From: an uncultured Methanosarcinales archaeon
Lineage (GTDB): Archaea > Nanobdellota > Nanobdellia > Woesearchaeales > UBA11576
DNA length: 64,000 bases
Assembly: GCA_964406185.1 (NCBI GenBank)
Contig: CAYOQS010000004.1
Coordinates: forward strand, 72,616-136,615
Direction of reading: 5' to 3'
Shown here piece by piece: positions 46,222 through 53,123 of the stretch. The number at the start of each line of letters is the position of its first letter. The stretch's first letter is position 1. The notes beneath the pieces were generated by a model. It made no database searches and was not told where the DNA came from. It worked only from the letters and a program-made list of their open reading frames with translations. Position numbers and translations under genes: made by a program.

Positions 46222-48059
46222 TGAAGATAAGGCATAAGATACCGAAGCTGACTGTCGAGTCTGAGGACGGCGGCAATGACGATCCTGTCTGCATATTGTC
46301 AAACAGGAAAGGGGGTTTCTTATTCCTCTCTGAACCGGTCATCTCGAAGTACAATGGTTTCTTCGTGAATTATAATATGGAGATTTTTAAGGTCCTGCAG
46401 GACATCAGGCTTGCTGACAGCAGTTTCCATACGGTGGAAAATGGTCTCACTTACTACCGGAGGGTGCATGAAGGTAACTCTGAGAAGATTTTCTGCCCTG
46501 AAGGCATCAATGGGTTCTCTTATTCCCTGGCGAAGAAGGCGCGTGTGGTGCTGGATTTTGACTGCAAGCGAATAGATGATATGCGCTCTTTCGGGATGAA
46601 TTATGATGTTGATGTGGGCAAGGGGCGGATAATGGTTGACTTCACAAAGAGGACCGCGGGTACTGAGGATGATACTGATGGCGTAGAGGAGTTCGGCCTC
46701 TGTATAGCGATGAAAGCAGGAAGTTTTTTGCCTGAGAGGGATTATGAGTACATCAACAGCTGGAATGAGTCTTATTACAGCTATGACTACAGCAGAAAGG
46801 ACTTCCCTGCTCACCGTTATGTGTATCAGCCGTTCATCTTAACTGCTAAGAGCCTTCTGGTCGCTGTTGGGCGTGACAGGAAGGAGGCGCTTGCCGAGCT
46901 GGAAAAGATGAAGAAGGTTAAGGAGGACAGTTTCTCTTTCAGTAAGGTTGATGCGAAGAAGGACCGTGAGGTCGCTGCGGCTTTTGTGTGTGCGCAGAAC
47001 TCTCTTGAGAGGATGAAAGTGCATCATGATGGTGTTGACAGGCTTTACGCCGGCCTGCCCTGGTTCTTCCAGTTCTGGTCGAGGGATGAGAATATCAGCC
47101 TGGGTGGGCTCATTGCACAGGGCCAGTTCAAGGAGGTCAAGGGAATCCTTTTCAGCTATCTGGAGAATATCAGTGAGGACGGCAGGCTGCCTAATCATAT
47201 ACCCTCCCCCCATCTCGGCTCTTCTGATGGTGTTGGTTGGTTCTGGAAGAGAGTAGGTGACCTTATCCATGCTCTTGAAAGTGCAGGGAATAAGGAAAAG
47301 ATGCTCCCTAAAAAAGACATGGATCTCATCCGCAAGAAGCTGGAGATATCTGTAGAGCGCATCGAGAAGAACTACCGGAAAGAGGGCCTTATCTTCAGCG
47401 ACAGGAAGGAGACATGGATAGATACTGATTACAACGGTCAGGACGGACGCGAGGGATTTCCTGTCGAGATACAGGCCTTGCACCTTAACATGCTGAAGCT
47501 GCTTCACGAGCTGGGCGGTGAGAAGAAGTATGCTTCACGTGAGAAGCGGATGCGTAAGAAGGTTCTGGAGAGGTTCTGGAACGGCAGTATGCTCGCGGAC
47601 AGGGCTGACGATTACATGATAAGGCCGAACATATTCATCGCGTATTATGTATATCCTGACCTTCTTTCGCGTCGGGAGTGGCAGACAGCTTTCGAAAATG
47701 TTCTGGGCAGGCTTTGGCTTGACTGGGGAGGGCTGTCGACCATAGATAAGCAGCATTTCCTTTTCGTCAATGAGTATACCGGTAAGGACTGCCAGAGCTA
47801 TCATCGTGGGGATTCCTGGTTCTGGTTGAACAGCCTGGCCGCTCTGTGCATGTTCAGGAACAACCCTATAGAGTTCGAGGACAGGATAAGGAAGGTGTTG
47901 TCCGCGAGCGCGAAGGAGATCTTGTGGATGGGCGCTGTCGGGCACAATGCTGAGGTGTCTTCCGCTTCGCATCTCTCTTCTTACGGCTGTTTCGCGCAGG
48001 CATGGTCAGATGCACTTTTCATCGAACTGGTGTCAGAGGTGTATGGCGTTGGAAAGTGA
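46218..48059 (+). CDS. Glycogen debranching enzyme (amylo-alpha-1,6-glucosidase, GDE_C type)
   Basis: LYAGLPWFFQFWSRDENISLGGL, ETWIDT, YHRGDSWFWLN and QAWS are typical of archaeal/bacterial GDE-C proteins. The start overlaps the PGM stop (ATGA). Confidence 0.85.
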   Translation: MMKIRHKIPKLTVESEDGGNDDPVCILSNRKGGFLFLSEPVISKYNGFFVNYNMEIFKVLQDIRLADSSFHTVENGLTYYRRVHEGNSEKIFCPEGINGFSYSLAKKARVVLDFDCKRIDDMRSFGMNYDVDVGKGRIMVDFTKRTAGTEDDTDGVEEFGLCIAMKAGSFLPERDYEYINSWNESYYSYDYSRKDFPAHRYVYQPFILTAKSLLVAVGRDRKEALAELEKMKKVKEDSFSFSKVDAKKDREVAAAFVCAQNSLERMKVHHDGVDRLYAGLPWFFQFWSRDENISLGGLIAQGQFKEVKGILFSYLENISEDGRLPNHIPSPHLGSSDGVGWFWKRVGDLIHALESAGNKEKMLPKKDMDLIRKKLEISVERIEKNYRKEGLIFSDRKETWIDTDYNGQDGREGFPVEIQALHLNMLKLLHELGGEKKYASREKRMRKKVLERFWNGSMLADRADDYMIRPNIFIAYYVYPDLLSRREWQTAFENVLGRLWLDWGGLSTIDKQHFLFVNEYTGKDCQSYHRGDSWFWLNSLAALCMFRNNPIEFEDRIRKVLSASAKEILWMGAVGHNAEVSSASHLSSYGCFAQAWSDALFIELVSEVYGVGK

Positions 48060-49149
48060 ATTCATCAGTTTCTGTGAGTTCAGCAGGGATGATTTCGGTT
48101 CTTTTGTGCTCGGCGGTGATGTCAGCGCGACGAACACTACTCTTGCTGTCATCGGCGTTGATGGCAGGGAAGTCAAGCCGCTGTTCGCGCTGAGGTTCAG
48201 GAGCCAGGAACTGTCAGGCATCACAGAGGTGATCAACAGGACGCTTGAAGTGGCACACAAAAAGCATGGCATCACTTTATCGGAGGCTTGCATCTCTGCT
48301 GCAGGGCCTGTTGATGCTGAGAGGACTCATTGCGACCTAACGAATGTAGGGTGGGACATCGATGTGAAAGATGTCCTTGCAGGGACGATGCTTGATTCTC
48401 TTGCGCTTGTCAATGATTTTGAGGCGATAGGTTTCGGCCTGCCTTTCCTGGATCCTGGCAGCAATGATGATCTTGTCATTCTTTCACATCCAGGGAACAG
48501 GATGCCCGGAACCGTGCCTAAGGCTCCGAAAGGTATTGTCGGTGCGGGCACCGGGCTTGGCAAGGCGATCCTTTTCTATCATGATGACAAGGATGCTTAC
48601 GCACCCAGCCCTTCGGAGGGAGGTCATGCTGATGTCCCTGTCGTTGATTCCTATGAATATGAGCTGGTCCAGTTCGTGAAGGATCGTCGCGGGGGTGAGG
48701 CGCCTTGCGATTATGAGGATCTGCTCAGCGGCAGGGGGGTTGTGAACATATATGATTTTGTGCGTGAGATGGATGAGTTCGCTGAGAACGATGTGTCTGC
48801 TGAGATTGGATCTGCTGATGACAAGGCTGCCGCGATCTCAAGGCATGCCAAGGACGACCCTGTTTGCGGTAAGGCTTTCAGGCTTTTTGTGAGGTTCTAC
48901 GCGCGTGCTTTGCGGAACATGGCGTTGGATATCATGGCAAGGGGTGGCATGTATATCGCGGGCGGCATCGCTGCCAAGAATCTTGATATTTTCAGGGATG
49001 GTGGATTCATGAAGGAATTTGAGGTCAATCATTCTATGCATGATGTGCTGAAAGACATCCCTGTGTTCGTGATCACAAATTACGATGTCAGCCTTTTCGG
49101 CTGCGGCAATGTTGCGGCTAATTTCCCGGAGTTAGCGATAAAGAAATGA
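48043..49149 (+). CDS. glk: Glucokinase (bacterial Glk family)
   Basis: LGGDVSATNTTLAV, VNDFEAIGFG, GAGTGLGKA, GGHADVP and AGGIA. The start was moved to the ATG at 48043, which overlaps the debranching-enzyme 3' end. Confidence 0.85.
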   Translation: MALESEFISFCEFSRDDFGSFVLGGDVSATNTTLAVIGVDGREVKPLFALRFRSQELSGITEVINRTLEVAHKKHGITLSEACISAAGPVDAERTHCDLTNVGWDIDVKDVLAGTMLDSLALVNDFEAIGFGLPFLDPGSNDDLVILSHPGNRMPGTVPKAPKGIVGAGTGLGKAILFYHDDKDAYAPSPSEGGHADVPVVDSYEYELVQFVKDRRGGEAPCDYEDLLSGRGVVNIYDFVREMDEFAENDVSAEIGSADDKAAAISRHAKDDPVCGKAFRLFVRFYARALRNMALDIMARGGMYIAGGIAAKNLDIFRDGGFMKEFEVNHSMHDVLKDIPVFVITNYDVSLFGCGNVAANFPELAIKK

Positions 49150-49443
49150 TGCACTACTGACGCCGCCTGCGAAGTCATAGGAACATACATCAGAATGGCA
49201 CCTGCAGGGTTGAAAGATTCAAACGAGTATTCTGCTGAAGCGCGGTGTTGGTGGTGCAATAAAGCACTCTAAACCCTAAATTCACCACGCCCACACCCAT
49301 TTTAAGCAAAACCACTTCTTAAGCTTGCTTGCTATTCCCGCAAATTCTGGCCAATTTTCGTCACTAGATAGTGACTAATAACCGAAACCTTTATATAGTT
49401 GTTACTCTGTAGTAATTATTAGTCGGTTGGAGGTGGTTGAGAG

Positions 49444-49791
49444 ATGTCCTCACAAGATATAGATTATGATGCAGAGTTCGAGGAGATTGAGAGCAAAGCG
49501 CTCCGCGGAGTCTGGGACCATTCTGAGCAGGACAGGCTTTTTCATGCCTGCGGCATGGATGAGCTGAAGACAAATGGGCAAGGCACCAATTATCCCCACA
49601 CCAGGATGTCCCATCTTACTGCATTGTATTCTGCTATGATGACAGCGTGCGACACGAAAGAGCCTGAGATGGTAAGGGCGACAGTCAACATAGCTGAAAA
49701 GTATCTTGAGAGATATCCTTCATCAAGGAAGTTCTTCCTTCCGGCATTGCTTGAACAGATAGCCATAAAGGGGGTGGAAGATGATGAGTGA
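49444..49791 (+). CDS. Hypothetical acidic protein
   Basis: 115-aa ORF whose end overlaps the GH15 start by 11 nt. No family recognised. Confidence 0.5.
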   Translation: MSSQDIDYDAEFEEIESKALRGVWDHSEQDRLFHACGMDELKTNGQGTNYPHTRMSHLTALYSAMMTACDTKEPEMVRATVNIAEKYLERYPSSRKFFLPALLEQIAIKGVEDDE

Positions 49792-50797
49792 CAGCATCAT
49801 ACCTAGATCGATAAGCATACTTGAACAGCTGCAGCATCCCAAGGGTTTGTTCGTCGCTGCACTGGACAGGCGCACCCATTATTCAAGGCAGTCATGGATT
49901 CGCGACTGCATCTACGCAAGCCTCGGTTTTGAGGCGACACAGAAGACAGGGAATGTCGTGAAGGCATACCAGGCACTGCTTGATGTGCTGAAGAAGCACG
50001 AGTACAAGATCGACTGGGCTATCGTCGAGAAGCCCAGGCACCGCTGGCAGTATATCCACGCGAGGTTCGACCCCGAGACATATGATGAGTTCGATGAGGA
50101 TTGGGGCAACAAGCAGAACGACGCTGTCGGTGCATTGCTTTTCAAGATAGGGGACCTTGAGTCCAAAGGGATCAAGGTAATCCGTAACAAGGATGATGAA
50201 CGCATACTGCAGAAGCTGGTGTATTATCTCAATTCGATACAGTACTGGCAGGACGAGGACTCCGGAATGTGGGAAGAGAACGAGGAAGTCCATGCTTCCT
50301 CTGTCGGCGCGTGCGTCGCCGGTCTTAAGAAGATATCGAAACTTGTTGACGTTCCTCAGGTTCTCATAGAGAAAGGTGAGGAAACCTTGAACCGACTCTT
50401 GCCGAGGGAATCCGGCAGCAAAGACACAGACTTGGCTCTCTTGAGCCTTATCTACCCGTACGACGTGGTAAGTGAAGCTCAGAGAGAAGCGATACTCCTG
50501 AACGTGGAGGAGAAGCTGGTCAGGCACCGTGGAGTGATCCGCTATGCTGGTGACTGCTACTTTAACCGTGAAGGGGAAGCAGAGTGGACATTCGGGTTCC
50601 CCTGGCTTGCTATCATCTACAAGCGGCTGAACGATCCGCGGAAAGCTGCCCATTACATGCGCAGGACCCTGGATGTGGTCAACGAGAAAGGCGAACTTCC
50701 GGAGCTGTACTATGCGAACACCGACGAGCACAACGAGAACACACCCCTCGGATGGGGACAGAGTTTGATGGTCGTCGCGCTCACACAGGAGAACTGA
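49781..50797 (+). CDS. GH15-family (glucoamylase-like) catalytic-domain protein
   Basis: SWIRDCIYA, NKQNDAVGALL, YWQDEDSGMWEE and HASSVGACVAGL are GH15 (alpha/alpha)6-barrel motifs. At 338 aa it has the catalytic domain only. Confidence 0.8.
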   Translation: MMSDSIIPRSISILEQLQHPKGLFVAALDRRTHYSRQSWIRDCIYASLGFEATQKTGNVVKAYQALLDVLKKHEYKIDWAIVEKPRHRWQYIHARFDPETYDEFDEDWGNKQNDAVGALLFKIGDLESKGIKVIRNKDDERILQKLVYYLNSIQYWQDEDSGMWEENEEVHASSVGACVAGLKKISKLVDVPQVLIEKGEETLNRLLPRESGSKDTDLALLSLIYPYDVVSEAQREAILLNVEEKLVRHRGVIRYAGDCYFNREGEAEWTFGFPWLAIIYKRLNDPRKAAHYMRRTLDVVNEKGELPELYYANTDEHNENTPLGWGQSLMVVALTQEN

Positions 50798-50799
50798 AG

Positions 50800-51027
50800 A
50801 TGTCAGGATACACAAAAACAACCTACAGTCTCGCACCGGCAGATTCTGTCGAACATGTCTATTGCAGGGATGATGCTCCCCGCAGGCTGCCTCCGAAGGT
50901 GTGTGTGCCTGTTGGAAGGGTGCAGCTGAAGAAGGCGCTGGTCAGGCCAGGCCATTCACAGGAATTGCTCGACAAGGAGCAGGCAAGGCTGGACAGGCTG
51001 ATGGAGGATTATCTGAACGGAAGATGA
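50800..51027 (+). CDS. Small hypothetical protein (75 aa)
   Basis: The ATG lies 2 nt after the GH15 stop, with AGGAG at 50787-50791. Its stop overlaps the next ATG (ATGA). No family recognised. Confidence 0.45.
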   Translation: MSGYTKTTYSLAPADSVEHVYCRDDAPRRLPPKVCVPVGRVQLKKALVRPGHSQELLDKEQARLDRLMEDYLNGR

Positions 51028-51248
51028 CTCCAGATTACAGTTCAGATTCTGCAGATTACGACCCTCTCTGGGATGAGGATACCCAGCCGCGGATAGACAT
51101 AGAGAATGACCTTGCTATGCGCATGTCGTATAATGCTTACCGTCTGACAAAGGATATGAGGGTGGTCTACGCCATCCCACCTGAAGAGGAAGTATATCAT
51201 AAAAATCCGCCGGAAGTGCCCCACCCCACCCTAAAGGGCGGGGTTTGA
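51024..51248 (+). CDS. Small hypothetical acidic protein (74 aa)
   Basis: Translationally coupled to the previous ORF. No family recognised. Confidence 0.45.
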   Translation: MTPDYSSDSADYDPLWDEDTQPRIDIENDLAMRMSYNAYRLTKDMRVVYAIPPEEEVYHKNPPEVPHPTLKGGV

Positions 51249-51271
51249 CCGGGCACTTCCTTTTACAGGCG

Positions 51272-51417
51272 GATTTGTCAGAAACCTTCGGTTTATGATC
51301 ATGCTCAGAAATGCAAAGCATTTCTGACATTTAGGACCCTCAAAATGCGTAAGCATTTTGGGGTGCCAAAACGCATTGCGTTTTGAGCATGCCAAAAACT
51401 TCGCCAGAAGTTTTTGT
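51272..51417. other. Array of five near-perfect hairpins enclosed by an 8-bp closing inverted repeat (candidate structured ncRNA or palindromic operator array)
   Basis: AAACC-ttcg-GGTTT. TCAGAAATGC-aaa-GCATTTCTGA (51297-51319). CCCTCAAAATGC-gtaa-GCATTTTGGGG (51329-51355). CAAAACGC-att-GCGTTTTG (51359-51377). CAAAAACTTC-gcca-GAAGTTTTTG (51385-51408). Closing repeat GATCATGC (51289-51296) / GCATGATC (51410-51417). Confidence 0.5.
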
Positions 51418-51460
51418 GCATGATCTGTTGGTGAAGAGGATCAGGGAGTATCGTGGCTGA

Positions 51461-52372
51461 TCACTTGTTCTGCTCGAGGCTGAGCATGCCCATCGCAGCT
51501 CCTGTGGTGTACATGAGAAAGCGGTACATTATGTTGAAATAGTTCATGAGTATTATGATGTATTCCGGCTGGTCCTTGTACAATGCTGTCCTCTTGTCCT
51601 TGTACTGCTCGTATTCTTCGTGTATCTCCATGAGGCTCTTTAGAGAGTTCTTGTACAGCCCGTCGTATAGCAGGTCCAATGACTTCTGGAACGAGAGGAA
51701 GAATTCTAGATGCTTGCTGCTAATATCTATCGGTTTCGTGTCTTTTATGGATTGTGCAAGGTAGTATATCCTCCTGCCTATCCAGTGGAGCAGGTTTATC
51801 AGTGTCCAGTAGAAGCCGTTGAGTTCTGTGACTTTCTTTGATGTCGCTCTCATGAGGAAGTTGACGTACCTGACCATGCGTATGTTGTTCCTTTTGATCC
51901 TGTCGAAGTCTATCTTCTGTCTTTTCTGTATCGTGTCCAGGACGTAAGAGGTGTCGTCTTTTACTATGAAGAATACCTGCTTCATTATCTTGTCTTTTCG
52001 GTCTTCGAATGGCTCTGCCATGACCTCGAGCTTGAGGCTCTGCGCATCTGAAGACACTATCTCCAATCCGCCTATCAGCCTTATTATCCTGCTGACCGTG
52101 CGTTCGTTGACATCTCCCTTGAGGGTTATGGTGTCGTATCCTGCTCGGTAGTAGTCTGTGATGAGGTATTCGAGGAATCTCTTGTTCCTGAAATCCACCT
52201 CTGCCGATATCTCTTTCTTCTCAGGCTTTGCTATCGATTCGATGACCAGACCGTGGGGGGATTCTGTTATGTCCATCTCGTCTCCTGCCTTGAGGCCTCT
52301 TGAGTCTATCCATTTCTTAGGAAGGTAGATCGTGTAGCCTCCTCCGCCCTGTTTTATGAGCCTTCTTTTCAT
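51461..52372 (-). CDS. AbrB/SpoVT-type DNA-binding domain fused to a PhoU-like domain (archaeal PhoU-type regulator)
   Basis: The N-terminal MKRRLIKQGGGGYTIYLPKKWIDSRGLKAGDEMDI is a swapped-hairpin AbrB motif. The helical C-terminal ~200 aa is PhoU-like. The start at ATG 52372 lies about 27 nt from TATA 52393-52404. Confidence 0.7.
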   Translation of the reverse strand: MKRRLIKQGGGGYTIYLPKKWIDSRGLKAGDEMDITESPHGLVIESIAKPEKKEISAEVDFRNKRFLEYLITDYYRAGYDTITLKGDVNERTVSRIIRLIGGLEIVSSDAQSLKLEVMAEPFEDRKDKIMKQVFFIVKDDTSYVLDTIQKRQKIDFDRIKRNNIRMVRYVNFLMRATSKKVTELNGFYWTLINLLHWIGRRIYYLAQSIKDTKPIDISSKHLEFFLSFQKSLDLLYDGLYKNSLKSLMEIHEEYEQYKDKRTALYKDQPEYIIILMNYFNIMYRFLMYTTGAAMGMLSLEQNK

Positions 52373-52392
52373 ATTATTATATACTCTCACAG

Positions 52393-52458
52393 CTTATTTA
52401 TAAAGCTTATCATTTCTAATATCAATAATATCATTAATATCAAATACTTATTTATAAA
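52393..52458. promoter_or_regulatory. Divergent promoter region: two identical CTTATTTATAAA TATA elements flanking three AATATCA boxes at 9-bp spacing
   Basis: CTTATTTATAAA at 52393-52404 and 52447-52458. AATATCA at 52418, 52427 and 52436, with a fourth copy at 52496. Confidence 0.5.
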
Positions 52459-52531
52459 CCTTTTTTCTACTGAAAAGTAACAATTATCACCGAATAATAT
52501 CAAGTGAAAAGGTGTTGAGGGGTGTTACAAT

Positions 52532-52720
52532 ATGGATAAGATATACGATTTCGGGGAGAATCCTGATATGGAGATCAAGTACCAGGGCCATCCTGACGAC
52601 AGGAAGGAAGCGAACCCTAAAGATGTAGAGCAGTTTTTGGAAGGGATAAGGGAGCTGCAGAGCATCGCTTCAAATTATGCTGCAAGGGACGATATGCTCG
52701 ATGAGAGCAGGTTCCTGTGA
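52532..52720 (+). CDS. Small acidic hypothetical protein (62 aa)
   Basis: The ATG is preceded by GAGGGGTG (52516-52523). No family recognised. Confidence 0.4.
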   Translation: MDKIYDFGENPDMEIKYQGHPDDRKEANPKDVEQFLEGIRELQSIASNYAARDDMLDESRFL

Positions 52721-52742
52721 AACAGACCAAAGGTGATGAGAG

Positions 52743-52985
52743 ATGACAGGTCAGAATGTATGTGAGTGCTGCTTGACGAACAAGCGGAAGTCAAAGAATG
52801 CCAAGTATTGTGATGCGTGCTCTGAGCACATCTGCAATATAGTCTGGCAGCGTGTCCATCGTGTTGACGCGAGGTACAAGAAGGTGTTCCGCTCCCTGTA
52901 TTCGAAGCTGCAGCAGCTTTCTAATGAGGAGCAGTTCGTGCCGAACAACCTGCGGGAGATCGTGGATACTGAGGAGAAGCTGTGA
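52743..52985 (+). CDS. Small Cys-rich (Zn-ribbon-like) hypothetical protein (80 aa)
   Basis: CECC...CDAC...C pattern at the N-terminus and a helical basic C-terminus. Confidence 0.45.
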   Translation: MTGQNVCECCLTNKRKSKNAKYCDACSEHICNIVWQRVHRVDARYKKVFRSLYSKLQQLSNEEQFVPNNLREIVDTEEKL

Positions 52986-53123
52986 CTTCTTATTACTTTA
53001 TGGTATTGAGAAGTGCGTGGTTTACGAAACAATTAAATTATTTTTATCTGCTGGGGTTTTTTGTAAGAAAATGGGGTGTGGATAAAGATATAGCTGTTGA
53101 ACAGCGATATAAGGTGAGCTGAG

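Noticed and set aside
49144-49200. ATGATGC ... CTGA just after the glk stop, considered as a C/D-box sRNA.
   Set aside because: The C-like box has a mismatch and overlaps the stop codon. D' follows after only ~5 nt. No convincing C' or D boxes lie at the proper spacing.
51289-51417. Multi-hairpin element considered as a MITE because of its 8-bp terminal inverted repeats.
   Set aside because: I see no target-site duplication at the flanks (GGTTTAT versus TGTTGGT) and no second copy in this window. The idea is kept as an alternative in the finding rather than called a mobile element.
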